A stretch of 64,000 bases of DNA from Marinicella sp. (lineage in GTDB: Bacteria > Pseudomonadota > Gammaproteobacteria > Xanthomonadales > Marinicellaceae), in the NCBI GenBank assembly GCA_965230295.1, contig OZ246001.1, positions 2,784,001-2,848,000 on the forward strand. The letters run 5' to 3'. How positions within the stretch are numbered: the first letter of the stretch is position 1; each line of letters opens with the position of its first letter. Shown here in pieces: positions 48,892 through 58,737 of the stretch. A program made the position numbers and the translations under genes. Under the pieces are notes generated by a model. That model was not told the DNA's origin and did not search any database. It saw nothing but the letters and a program-made list of their open reading frames with translations.

Positions 48892-49987
48892 ATGGAAATA
48901 GCTCCACAAGTCGCCCAATTAGATGACTTCCAACAGCGCACTGATGCGCTGTGGAGGTATCTTTGACTACGAAAACAAGAAAGAACGTCTCGAAGAAGTC
49001 AATCTAGAACTCGAAGATCCTGATGTATGGAATGATCAGGAAAAAGCCCAAGCGCTCAGTAAGGAGCGTTCCACTTTAGATCACATTGTATCCACGATCG
49101 ATGACCTCAAAACAGGAATTGTCGACGCCACAGAATTCCTGGAAATGGCCAATGAAGAAGATGATGAGGACAGCCTCAATGAAGTGCTGACCATGATCGC
49201 TGATTTAGAAGGCAAAATTGAGAAATTGGAATTTCAAAAAATGTTCTCAGGCCAAATGGACGCCAACAATGCCTTCGTTGATATTCAGGCAGGCTCTGGC
49301 GGCACCGAGGCTCAGGATTGGGCTGAAATGTTGCTGAGGATGTACCTCCGTTGGATCGAATCACGTGGCTGGAAAGGTGAATTGATTGAAGTCTCGGCAG
49401 GTGATGTGGCCGGTATCAAATCAGCCACCATTAAAGTCAATGGTGAATATGCTTTTGGTTGGCTCAGAACTGAAATTGGGGTTCATCGCTTGGTCAGAAA
49501 GTCACCCTTTGATTCCAGTAATAAACGCCACACCAGTTTTGCTGCAGTGTTTGTGTCACCTGAAATCGATGACAGTTTTGAAATCGACATCAACCCAGCG
49601 GATTTGCGGATTGATGTGTATCGATCTTCTGGTGCTGGTGGTCAGCATGTGAACAAAACAGAGTCTGCAGTGCGGATCACCCATGTGCCAACCAATACTG
49701 TTGTGCAATGTCAAAATGGCCGTTCTCAGCACCAAAACAAAGCCACAGCCATGCAACAACTGAAAGCCAAGTTGTATGAGTTGGAAATGCAAAAACGCAA
49801 TGCCGAATCTCAATCTTTAGAAGAAACCAAATCTGACATTGGTTGGGGCAGCCAAATCCGCTCTTATGTGTTGGATCAGTCACGCATTAAAGATTTGCGC
49901 ACCGGTGTTGAAAACACCAACACCCAGTCTGTATTAGATGGAAACCTTGATAAATTCATCGAAGCCAGTCTCAAACAAGGCCTATAA
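48892..49987 (+). CDS. prfB: Peptide chain release factor 2 with programmed +1 frameshift, join(48892..48963,48965..49987)
   Basis: ATG at 48892 gives MEIAPQ...WRYL, ending at CTT TGA C (48961-48967) preceded by GGAGG. The +1 frame continues DYENKK and contains the SPF and GGQ motifs. Confidence 0.96.
48953..48967 (+). other. RF2 programmed ribosomal frameshift site
   Basis: GGAGG-TAT-CTT-TGA-C: internal SD, slippery Leu codon and UGA. Confidence 0.95.
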
Positions 49988-50027
49988 TTGATGGCCTATA
50001 ACACCAAGATTAATAACAATAAGAATC

Positions 50028-51506
50028 ATGATTGAAGACAATAAACTCATCGCTGAAAGACGCGGCAAATTAGATGCCATCAGAGCGGAACGCAATGCCT
50101 ATCCCAATCAATTCAGACGCACCCATTTGGCCACTGACTTACATGCACAATACGATGCGATGGACAAGGAAACCTTGGATCCACAAAAAGTTGAAGTGGC
50201 TGTGGTCGGTCGCATGATGAGTCAGCGTTTGTTTGGTAAAGGTGGTTTTGCTGTCATCAAAGACGTTTCAGGTGACATTCAATTGTTTGTGCAACTGAAC
50301 GGTGTGGGTGAAGAGGTTTTTAATGACTTCAAGCATTGGGACATGGGTGACATTGTTTACGGAAAAGGCGTCTTGTTTAAAACCAAAACCAATGAACTGT
50401 CAGTGAAAGTTTCTGAGCTGAACCTGGTCACCAAATCACTGCGGCCACTGCCGGAAAAATTTCATGGTCTGTCTGATCAGGAAACCCGATACCGTCAGCG
50501 GTACGTTGACTTGATTGTTAACAATGAATCTGCAGATGTGTTTAAAGTCAGATCGAAAATGGTTTCGCACATAAGGCGGTTTATGGAAGACCTGGATTTT
50601 TTGGAAGTGGAAACGCCCATGATGCACATGATTCCAGGGGGCGCCACTGCCAAACCTTTTACAACGCATCACAATGCATTGGATTTGGAGTTGTATTTGC
50701 GCGTGGCTCCTGAATTGTTTTTAAAGCGTCTAACCGTTGGCGGCTTTGAAAAAGTATTTGAGATCAATCGCAATTTTCGCAATGAAGGTGTGTCAACCAA
50801 GCACAACCCGGAGTTCACCATGATGGAGTTCTATTGGGCTTATGCGGATTACGATGATTTGATGGATTTGACTGAACAACTGTTCAAGTCTTTGGCAGTC
50901 GAGGTTAAGGGAACTTCTGAGTTTAACTATCAAGGGCATGTCCTTGATTTCTCAAAACCTTTTAAGCGCCAATCAATGGCGTCATTGGTGGCAGAATACA
51001 GTGATGGCTTATCTGAAAATGACTGCAATAATTTGTCACAAATGCAAAAGTACTGTGATGACAAGGGCGTTTCATACAACAAAAAGTGGAAAAAAGGTGA
51101 GTTATTGGCGGAATTGTTCGATTTATATGTTGAAGAGAACCTCATTCAGCCCACATTTGTGACAGAATATCCCATAGAGATATCACCTTTGTCACGAAGG
51201 AATGATGAGAATCCTGAGATCACTGATCGATTTGAATTGTTCATTTGTGGAAATGAAATTGCCAATGGGTTCTCTGAGTTGAATGACCCGGAAGACCAGG
51301 CAGAACGTTTCAAACAACAGGTGGCGAATCTTGAAGCGGGGGATGACGAAGCCATGCATTACGATGCAGACTACATCCGGGCACTGGAATATGGCATGCC
51401 ACCAGCAGCCGGAGAAGGTATTGGCATTGATCGATTGGTGATGTTGTTCACAGACTCAGCTTCTATTCGTGATGTATTATTGTTTCCATATATGAAACCT
51501 GAGTAA
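50028..51506 (+). CDS. lysS: Lysine--tRNA ligase (class II)
   Basis: LRPLPEKFHGL.DQETRYRQRYVDLI, FLEVETPMM, LYLRVAPEL, FRNEG, YGMPPAAGEGIGIDRL. Follows prfB. Confidence 0.98.
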   Translation: MIEDNKLIAERRGKLDAIRAERNAYPNQFRRTHLATDLHAQYDAMDKETLDPQKVEVAVVGRMMSQRLFGKGGFAVIKDVSGDIQLFVQLNGVGEEVFNDFKHWDMGDIVYGKGVLFKTKTNELSVKVSELNLVTKSLRPLPEKFHGLSDQETRYRQRYVDLIVNNESADVFKVRSKMVSHIRRFMEDLDFLEVETPMMHMIPGGATAKPFTTHHNALDLELYLRVAPELFLKRLTVGGFEKVFEINRNFRNEGVSTKHNPEFTMMEFYWAYADYDDLMDLTEQLFKSLAVEVKGTSEFNYQGHVLDFSKPFKRQSMASLVAEYSDGLSENDCNNLSQMQKYCDDKGVSYNKKWKKGELLAELFDLYVEENLIQPTFVTEYPIEISPLSRRNDENPEITDRFELFICGNEIANGFSELNDPEDQAERFKQQVANLEAGDDEAMHYDADYIRALEYGMPPAAGEGIGIDRLVMLFTDSASIRDVLLFPYMKPE

Positions 51507-51512
51507 AGAGAA

Positions 51513-51860
51513 ATGAGTGACAGCCAAGGCATAAGATATGCCAGAAAAACCATCGATGCATCTTGCCTCCTTCTACACAAAGGACACTCTTGTGTCACGC
51601 GTGTGAGAAACATTTCAGCATCCGGTATTTTGGTTGAACCCATAGAAGATGAGTGCATAAAAGACCTTGTGCTCAATGCCATTTGTATTTTGGAAATAGT
51701 AGTCAACGAAACTTTCAATTTACATGTGTCATCCAAAGTCACTCGAATTTCTGATAACCAAATCGCTTTACATTACATTTCGATTCCAGAAGATAAGCAA
51801 GTGGCCTTGTGGCAGTTGTTGGGTGATCATGTGCATGAAGTCGAAACATACGGCACCTAA
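51513..51860 (+). CDS. PilZ domain protein
   Basis: RYAR N-terminal loop, NISASG motif, SKVTR..IALHY beta-barrel pattern. Confidence 0.65.
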   Translation: MSDSQGIRYARKTIDASCLLLHKGHSCVTRVRNISASGILVEPIEDECIKDLVLNAICILEIVVNETFNLHVSSKVTRISDNQIALHYISIPEDKQVALWQLLGDHVHEVETYGT

Positions 51861-51896
51861 ACCCTTTCCTTTGCATTAACTCAATCAGCGGCTTCG

Positions 51897-52508
51897 ATGT
51901 CTGTATACCTGAGTTTTATCATGACCTCCATTTTATTGGCTCTGACACCAGGGCCTGATGTGTTGTTGGTGGTGGCCATAGCGGCCAAAGAAGGGTTTAA
52001 AAAGGCATTGATGCTGACCTTGGGTTTAGCCAGCGGTGTCATTTTCCATACATTATTGATCATCCTTGGATTCTCTGCGATGATCATAGCCAGCCCGTAT
52101 GCCATGAAAGGCATCGCTGTTTTTGGTGCTTGTTACTTATTGTATTTGGCCTGGCTAACCTGGCAACACCGTTCTGATGTCATCACCGCTGATGCCCAAA
52201 AGATAAAAGGCTCATATTTTTGGCGGGGTGTCATCATGAACATTTCAAACCCCAAAGTGTTGCTGTTTTTCCTGGCGTTATTTCCTCAATTCGCCATGCT
52301 GGATCAGCCGGGATATCACTGGCGCATTGCGGTGTTGGGTTTGTTGTTTATTGCGGTCACTATTTTGGTGTTTGGTGGTCTGGCTTTTCTGACGGCTAAA
52401 AGTACGCAAAACTTCATGCAAAACCCCAAGTTTAAATTGGGCATGGATTACTTGACGGTCGGTATTTTTGTGTTGTTGGCCAGCCTGTTGATTTATTCAG
52501 TATTTTAA
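51897..52508 (+). CDS. LysE/RhtB family translocator
   Basis: LALTPGPD, GLASG..FH, GACYLLYLAW, FWRGVIMNISNPKVLLFFLALFPQF. Confidence 0.92.
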   Translation: MSVYLSFIMTSILLALTPGPDVLLVVAIAAKEGFKKALMLTLGLASGVIFHTLLIILGFSAMIIASPYAMKGIAVFGACYLLYLAWLTWQHRSDVITADAQKIKGSYFWRGVIMNISNPKVLLFFLALFPQFAMLDQPGYHWRIAVLGLLFIAVTILVFGGLAFLTAKSTQNFMQNPKFKLGMDYLTVGIFVLLASLLIYSVF

Positions 52509-52509
52509 G

Positions 52510-53094
52510 ATGCTGCTGAAACCGGTTTTTATCCTCCAGATATTCATTCTATTTGCTCATGAGGCTGCATCAAATGACAACAAACCGGTGAATGAATTCT
52601 CGTACACCACAACCACTCAAGATCAGATTGAAATCAAGGGCACCCATCGCTTTGTTACTCGCGTGGTTTCTTGTTTGGATCTGATTAAAACTAATGACCT
52701 TGAGTCCTATGAGTTTATCAACAAATACATCGGTGTTATTAAACAACATCCCACCAGTGGCATGGATGCAGCTGCCGATCCACCTACGTTTGAAATGAGT
52801 ACAAAGACGGCATTTTATTCCCTGACCTGGTGTGCCAGCAGCATTGCACATGATGCTTATCATTCTTACCTGTACCAGAAACATCGGCCGAAGTTAGGGT
52901 CCAAATCTCAGCACAAAATGTGGATGGGGGCCAGAGCGGAAGGCAAATCCATTCATTTTCAAAGGCGGGTGTCACAAAGAATTGGTGCACCTCCCGAGGA
53001 ACTTAACTACTTGTTGAACCTCAAGGGTACCCATTCTGATTTGGATGGGGATGGTCGCTTCACCCAAAAAGATTATGAAAAGCGTGATTGGTAG
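52510..53094 (+). CDS. Hypothetical exported protein with HDxxH zincin-like motif and EF-hand-like loop
   Basis: Signal-like N-terminus, IAHDAYH...AE, and C-terminal DLDGDGRFTQKD. Confidence 0.55.
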   Translation: MLLKPVFILQIFILFAHEAASNDNKPVNEFSYTTTTQDQIEIKGTHRFVTRVVSCLDLIKTNDLESYEFINKYIGVIKQHPTSGMDAAADPPTFEMSTKTAFYSLTWCASSIAHDAYHSYLYQKHRPKLGSKSQHKMWMGARAEGKSIHFQRRVSQRIGAPPEELNYLLNLKGTHSDLDGDGRFTQKDYEKRDW

Positions 53095-53097
53095 CAG

Positions 53098-54855
53098 TCA
53101 TTCTGCACCACCGGTTTGGATGTCCCAAAGTTGTCGATAGCGACCGGTCAATTTCACCAATTCATCATGAGTGCCACTTTCAATGATTTTGCCTTGTTCT
53201 AACACATGAATCTGATGGGCATGAACCACCGTGGATAGTCGGTGAGCGATCAAAATGATGGTGCGTCCTACGGCAATTTTTTTCAACGATTTCTGGATGG
53301 CTGCTTCGGTCTCATTGTCAACAGCTGATGTGGCTTCGTCTAATATCAATATGGGAGGGTTTTTTAACAATGCCCTGGCCAAAGCAATGCGTTGTATCTG
53401 GCCACCCGACAGTTTGACGCCTTGTTCACCGACAGGTGTTTGGTAACCTTGGTCCAGCTTGGCTATGAATTCATGGGCCTCAGCCAGTTTAGCCGCTTCA
53501 ATGACTTGTTGTTCTGTGGCTTGGTCATTGCCATATTGAATGTTAGCAAAAATACTGTCATTGAACAGGAAAGTGGTTTGTGAAACCAAACCTATCTGTG
53601 ACCGCAATGAAGCGATGTTTATGTCTTGAATGTCATGTTGATCCAAAATGATGTGGCCTTGGGTGGTGTGGTAATACCGCATCAATAGCTTGATGATGGT
53701 GCTTTTACCTGACCCGGTTTGGCCCACAAAGGCATGTGTCTCGCCCGCATTGATGTCAATGTTGATGTCAGTTAAGGCAGGTAGGGACTGTGACTCGTAT
53801 TGAAACGTAACTTGATCAATCGACAGGGCACCTTGTAACTCAACATCTTTGGCTTGATCGTGGTCTTTGATGTGAATGGGTTCATCCAACAACCCAAGTA
53901 TACGCCGCGCAGAGGCCATGCCACGCTCATACAGGTCCATGGTGTTGGCCAAATCACGAAATGGCCACAACAGGCGTTGGGTGAGGAACACCAGCACTCC
54001 ATAAGCACCTACAGCCAAATCACCATTCAAGGTGTCCAAACCGCCGACAATAAATGTGGCCAAAAACCCTGTCAAAATGGCCATGCGAATCACGGGTGTG
54101 AAAGCAGAACTGATCTTGATGGCAGATTCATTGGCTTCGACATAGCTGTGACTGATGTCAGCTATGCGTTGTTTTTCATGGTTCTCTTTGGTGTAACTTT
54201 TGATGGTAGCCACGCCAGCAATGTTGGTATTGATGGCTTCAGCAATTTGTCCTGCTTGCTCACGAACCCTGGCATACCTGGGTTCGGCTTTGCGTTGGAA
54301 ATAAAAGGCGCCAAAAATGATCACAGGAATCGGGGTAAAGGCCAATAGGGCCAGTTTGGTTGATATCAAAAAGAACACCGCACCCACGGCCACAACTGAA
54401 GTCAAGACTTGCAAAATGTCATTGGCACCTATGTTCAGGAAACGCTCTAATTGGTTCACGTCATCATTCAAAATGGCTGTGAGCCTGCCGCTGGATTGGT
54501 CTTCGAAAAAACGCATGTCCATGCTTTGTATGTGCCCATAGCAGTCAACCCTGAACCTGTGTTGAATCTTTTGTGCCAGTTCACGCCAATTGCGCAGATA
54601 CAGGTATTGGAAAATTGATTCACCTGCCCAAATCAAAAAGGTCATAAAACCCAGTAAATACAGCTGATCTTTCGGGTCCACAACACCCAGTTTGGCCACA
54701 AAAGAGTCCTCCTGATTGATCACCACATCGATGGCAATACCAATCAAAATTTCAGGGGCGATGTCAAACAACTTATTGACGATTGAACAAATGCTGGCCC
54801 AAATGGCTTGGGCTTTGAAGCCTTTACCATAGGAAAGAACTTTACTTAGAGTCAT
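53098..54855 (-). CDS. ABC exporter, fused permease/ATP-binding protein (MsbA-like)
   Basis: TM domain, Walker A GQTGSGKS, signature LSGGQIQR, Walker B ILILDEATSAVD, IAHRLST. Confidence 0.95.
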   Translation of the reverse strand: MTLSKVLSYGKGFKAQAIWASICSIVNKLFDIAPEILIGIAIDVVINQEDSFVAKLGVVDPKDQLYLLGFMTFLIWAGESIFQYLYLRNWRELAQKIQHRFRVDCYGHIQSMDMRFFEDQSSGRLTAILNDDVNQLERFLNIGANDILQVLTSVVAVGAVFFLISTKLALLAFTPIPVIIFGAFYFQRKAEPRYARVREQAGQIAEAINTNIAGVATIKSYTKENHEKQRIADISHSYVEANESAIKISSAFTPVIRMAILTGFLATFIVGGLDTLNGDLAVGAYGVLVFLTQRLLWPFRDLANTMDLYERGMASARRILGLLDEPIHIKDHDQAKDVELQGALSIDQVTFQYESQSLPALTDINIDINAGETHAFVGQTGSGKSTIIKLLMRYYHTTQGHIILDQHDIQDINIASLRSQIGLVSQTTFLFNDSIFANIQYGNDQATEQQVIEAAKLAEAHEFIAKLDQGYQTPVGEQGVKLSGGQIQRIALARALLKNPPILILDEATSAVDNETEAAIQKSLKKIAVGRTIILIAHRLSTVVHAHQIHVLEQGKIIESGTHDELVKLTGRYRQLWDIQTGGAE

Positions 54856-54861
54856 GTGGTT

Positions 54862-55191
54862 TCAGTGCCTGGTTAGTTGAATGGTTTCAATGTCGTTGTC
54901 ATGGAAAAATTTAATCTCTATGACAATTCCTCCGTGGTGGGTAATGACACCATCAAAACGCCTGGCGTCAACATCAGAAAACTCAAACTTGAATTCTCGA
55001 TAAAGTGAAATTTTTCCCAGCCTGGTTTTTATCTTGATGGTTTTTTGCATCAAAGAATCATCCAGAAAGGCCCAGCCTTTTTGCATGGTGATTTGTTTAC
55101 CTGCCAGCCTTGAAGTATCTAAAGCGGTGACTTGGTTGTGCCAATAGTACCCCAGTAGGGCAAAGGCCATGATGACAGTGAGTTCTAGCAT
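54862..55191 (-). CDS. DUF3301 family protein
   Basis: N-terminal TM ending YYW, then FLDDSL, YREFKFEFS...RRFDG. Confidence 0.7.
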   Translation of the reverse strand: MLELTVIMAFALLGYYWHNQVTALDTSRLAGKQITMQKGWAFLDDSLMQKTIKIKTRLGKISLYREFKFEFSDVDARRFDGVITHHGGIVIEIKFFHDNDIETIQLTRH

Positions 55192-55466
55192 AATGCAAGG
55201 GTTAGTAGTTGAGTAACCGATATAGGTGCCGTTGATGAATTATACAAGGTATCAGTTATCTTCTGGAGAGTAGTTAACACTGCTCAGTATTAAAAATACC
55301 TGCCTGTCGGTTTCAACAACCTACTGTTTATCGCTTTATGCGGTAAAAATGTTTTATTATGTCCAAAAATAATGCACTGATTGGATCGTTGGTGTAAAGT
55401 GTTTCGACCAATCCTCACTTATGTGAGCCAAGTGATGAGATTTAACAAACAAAATAGGGGGAAACT

Positions 55467-57017
55467 ATGAATTCTGAATCTACTGAAAACCATGGTCTAG
55501 ATACTTTTGAACATGTGGTTGTCTTGATGCTTGAAAACCGTTCTTTTGATAACCTGCTGGGTTATCTGTATAAGCAAGGTGATGTTCCAAGTGGAAAAAA
55601 ATATGCGGGTTTGGATGGTCATGAAATTGAAATGCCAGTGCCTGATTGGGCCAAAGATTTCAAAGAACATCCTTTTGTAAAACCCAGCAAAGCCACCAAT
55701 TATCACCAGCCATTTCCAGATCCTGGTGAAGTTTATCAACATGTAAACACACAGTTATTTAATTACATCAGCGAAGGAAATTGTCGGGTTGATGCCACCG
55801 ATATGGTGACACCTTATAACATACCAAACCCAACGCCTGACCCACCGCCGATGACCGGTTTTGTGAAAGATTACATCAACACATTGTCTGCACTAACTGG
55901 CCACAAAAGTCCGCCATATCATGACCCTGGTTTTGATTTGTACAGTGTGATTATGCAATGTTTTGAGCCTGATCAAACACCTGTCATGAGTACTTTGGCC
56001 AAGGAGTTTGCGGTCTTTGACCATTGGCACTGTTCAGTACCCAGTCAAACCTGGTGTAACCGAGCATTTTGGCATGCCGGAACATCAGGTGGTAAAGTGG
56101 CCAATCCAACTGGCATCAAATCCATGTATTCATGGATGAAAGATGTGTGGTCACAAGACACCATTTTCACCAGAATGAAAGAAAAACAGATCTCGCACGC
56201 TGTTTATACAGAAAACCCTGTTTCTTTAACTTCATTGGTGAATGGGCCTTTTCAGCATGAACATGTGATTCGTACAGGTGATCAACTCAGTCGTTTTAAA
56301 CACGACATCAAACACAACAAGCTGCCTCAATATGCATTCATTGAACCTAAGTTCATTGGCAAGCACAATGACCAGCACCCCTCGTCTTTGAATTCGCACC
56401 TGGTTGATCCGTTGAACAGAGTTGGTACTGTATTGTTGGGCGAACAATTGATTTGGGACGTGTACAACACCATAAAAAACAGTGATGACTACCGTGATAA
56501 CACGTTATTGATTATTACACATGATGAACATGGTGGTTGTTTTGATCATGTATCACCGCCTGAAATAGATCCAACAGAACCACCTGGACAAATGGGGTTT
56601 CCTTTCAATCGTTTGGGGGTCAGGGTGCCCATGGTTATGGTTTCAGCCTATTTGGATAAAAACACCATTGTCAATGAAACCTATGAACACAGTTCTTTTA
56701 TCAAAACCATGTGTGAAAAATGGGATTTAAAAGGGTTGACTCAAAGAGCCATGAATGCCCGATCTTTTGGTTCGATATTCAGTCATAAAAAACGCACTGA
56801 TTTTCCAGACATTCCAGAACCGGTCATCCCCCAAGGCGATGACAGTGACTACCTCCATGACGAGCTCAGTGATTTTCAGCAATCGATTCTGGTTGGGGCG
56901 CATTTTATGGCAAACAAACATTCAGATCCTGATAGCATGGGTGATGTATTAACAACGGTTAAAACTGTTGGCGATGCCATGGAGTACATTGAGACAATCA
57001 AAAATAAGCTTAGCTAA
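55467..57017 (+). CDS. Phosphoesterase family (phospholipase C / acid phosphatase) enzyme
   Basis: HVVVLMLENRSFDNLLG, LAKEFAVFDHWHCSVPSQTWCNR, DQHP, LLIITHDEHGGCFDHV, LGVRVP, YEHSS. No signal peptide. Confidence 0.9.
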   Translation: MNSESTENHGLDTFEHVVVLMLENRSFDNLLGYLYKQGDVPSGKKYAGLDGHEIEMPVPDWAKDFKEHPFVKPSKATNYHQPFPDPGEVYQHVNTQLFNYISEGNCRVDATDMVTPYNIPNPTPDPPPMTGFVKDYINTLSALTGHKSPPYHDPGFDLYSVIMQCFEPDQTPVMSTLAKEFAVFDHWHCSVPSQTWCNRAFWHAGTSGGKVANPTGIKSMYSWMKDVWSQDTIFTRMKEKQISHAVYTENPVSLTSLVNGPFQHEHVIRTGDQLSRFKHDIKHNKLPQYAFIEPKFIGKHNDQHPSSLNSHLVDPLNRVGTVLLGEQLIWDVYNTIKNSDDYRDNTLLIITHDEHGGCFDHVSPPEIDPTEPPGQMGFPFNRLGVRVPMVMVSAYLDKNTIVNETYEHSSFIKTMCEKWDLKGLTQRAMNARSFGSIFSHKKRTDFPDIPEPVIPQGDDSDYLHDELSDFQQSILVGAHFMANKHSDPDSMGDVLTTVKTVGDAMEYIETIKNKLS

Positions 57018-57051
57018 ATCAGTCGGGCATTTGTTTTTCAACTGCTGTAGC

Positions 57052-57060
57052 TGTTATAAT
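57052..57060 (+). promoter_or_regulatory. Extended -10 sigma70 promoter element upstream of ppnN
   Basis: Perfect TGnTATAAT, with TTGTTT 18 nt upstream. Confidence 0.5.
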
Positions 57061-57077
57061 CAAAGCAAATCTATCAT

Positions 57078-57102
57078 AAGCCAGCTTCTATGCTGGCTTT
57101 TT
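57078..57102 (+). terminator. Terminator-like hairpin
   Basis: AAGCCAGC-ttctat-GCTGGCTT followed by TTT. May terminate the phosphoesterase gene or act within the ppnN leader. Confidence 0.6.
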
Positions 57103-57303
57103 AGTCAAAACGACAGAAACATGTTTTATGCTGTTGACGTCGATCGTTTCCACCCCTCCACAGGGTGGCAACCAGCGGAATATAGTCCGCATTGAATCAC
57201 TTCATGGTGCTAAGGGGCGATCTTGATCGGAATCAAGATTTGGCTTTGGTGACCCTGTTGGTTTGATTCGCCATAATAATAAGAATAAGAAAAGGAAAAA
57301 AAT

Positions 57304-58686
57304 ATGAATAACGAAAATAATTTAAAAATCATAGAAAAATGTACCATTGCTGCCCGGGGTGGCATGACCTTGTTGTCTCAAGAGGAAGTCAACATGATGA
57401 TGGAAGTCGGTAAAGGCGGCGTCCATGAATTGTTCAGAAAATGCTGTTTGGCAGTCTTGAATTGCGACGCCAAAGAAGACGATGCCATGGCGGTATTAGA
57501 ACGCTATCCAGATTTTGATGTGACCTTGATTCCCAGAGAACGTGGTATCCATTTGGAGTTTGTCAATGCACCGGCTCAAGCTTTCGTAGATGGCAAAATG
57601 ATCTCAGGTATCCGTGATTCAATCTTTTCAGTATTGCGTGATATCGTGTTCCAAAGCACTGAAAAAGGTGAGGGTCATTACAACCTGGATGAATCCTTTG
57701 ACATCACCAATTTCGTGTTTGAAATTTTGCGTCGAGGTGAAGTTCATCAGTACGGCACGGAGCCTAATTTAGTCGTTTGTTGGGGAGGTCACTCCATCAA
57801 TCGTGTCGAATACCAATACACCAAAGACATCGGGTACCAGTTGGGTCTTCGAGGAGCGCATATTTGTACCGGCTGTGGCACTGGTGCCATGAAAGGACCG
57901 ATGAAAGGGGCCACTGTTGGACATTCTAAACAACGGATTAAAGATGGCAGATACATCGGTTTGACTGAACCAGGCATCATTGCTGCGGAGGCGCCAAATC
58001 CGATTGTGAATCATTTGGTGATCATGCCGGACATTGAAAAGCGCCTGGAAGCCTTTGTGCGTTTGGGTCATGGCATCATTGTGTTTCCAGGCGGTGTTGG
58101 AACTGCCGAGGAAATTCTGTATTTGATAGGTATCTTGGCCAATCAAGAGAACCAGGGTGTACCATTCCCATTCATTATGACAGGACCTGAAGAATCGGCT
58201 GATTACTTCCACAAGATTGATGAGTTCATCCGCTTTGCACTGGGTGATGAAGTGGCCAATATGTATGAAATCATCATTGATGACCCTGAAGAGGTGGCCG
58301 TTAAAATGATGACAGGTATGGAAGCCGTTAAGAACTATCGAACTGACAATAAAATCAGTTATTATTTCAATTGGGGGTTGCATATTGAAGATTCGTTCCA
58401 ATTCCCATTCGTGCCTTCGCACGAAAACATGGCTGGCTTGGAATTGTATTTGGACAAGCCGGTAGAGGAATTGTCTGCCTCATTGCGCCGAGCATTCTCA
58501 GGCATTGTTGCCGGTAATGTGAAAGAGTACGGTGTCAAGCAAATCAAAAAACATGGTGTGTATAAAATCAATGGCGATCATGCATTGATGGAAAAACTGG
58601 ACGACTTACTACAGTCTTTCATTGCTCAAAAACGCATGAAATTGCCTGGCAGTACCTACACGCCTGTGTTTGAGGTTGTGAAATAA
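57304..58686 (+). CDS. ppnN: Nucleotide 5'-monophosphate nucleosidase PpnN (YgdH, LOG family)
   Basis: LLSQEEV, LFRKCCLAVLN, PNLVVCWGGHSI, TGCG.GAMKGPMKGA, MPDIEKRLEAFVR, FPGGVGTAEE, RRAFSGIVAGNVK, RMKLPGS.Y.P. Confidence 0.93.
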   Translation: MNNENNLKIIEKCTIAARGGMTLLSQEEVNMMMEVGKGGVHELFRKCCLAVLNCDAKEDDAMAVLERYPDFDVTLIPRERGIHLEFVNAPAQAFVDGKMISGIRDSIFSVLRDIVFQSTEKGEGHYNLDESFDITNFVFEILRRGEVHQYGTEPNLVVCWGGHSINRVEYQYTKDIGYQLGLRGAHICTGCGTGAMKGPMKGATVGHSKQRIKDGRYIGLTEPGIIAAEAPNPIVNHLVIMPDIEKRLEAFVRLGHGIIVFPGGVGTAEEILYLIGILANQENQGVPFPFIMTGPEESADYFHKIDEFIRFALGDEVANMYEIIIDDPEEVAVKMMTGMEAVKNYRTDNKISYYFNWGLHIEDSFQFPFVPSHENMAGLELYLDKPVEELSASLRRAFSGIVAGNVKEYGVKQIKKHGVYKINGDHALMEKLDDLLQSFIAQKRMKLPGSTYTPVFEVVK

Positions 58687-58708
58687 TTTTTCATTCCCGG
58701 TCGCAAAC

Positions 58709-58737
58709 AAAAACCCGCTAAAGAAGCGGGTTTTTTT
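58709..58737. terminator. Bidirectional rho-independent terminator
   Basis: AAAAACCCGC-taaagaa-GCGGGTTTTTTT between convergent genes. Confidence 0.9.

Noticed and set aside
48923-48964. ORF-track N-terminus [14 protein letters not shown] of RF2, or a prfB pseudogene call
   Set aside because: Explained by the programmed +1 frameshift from ATG 48892.
30549-55472. Similar start contexts AGGGGGAA..TATGAAT at 30559 and 55467
   Set aside because: Adequately explained by strong SD sequences and a common Met-Asn start.
57769-58422. 217-aa antisense ORF opposite ppnN (also 40806-41375, 31735-32232, 53854-54348 and similar)
   Set aside because: Shadow ORFs opposite conserved genes, expected from codon bias, with no recognisable domains.
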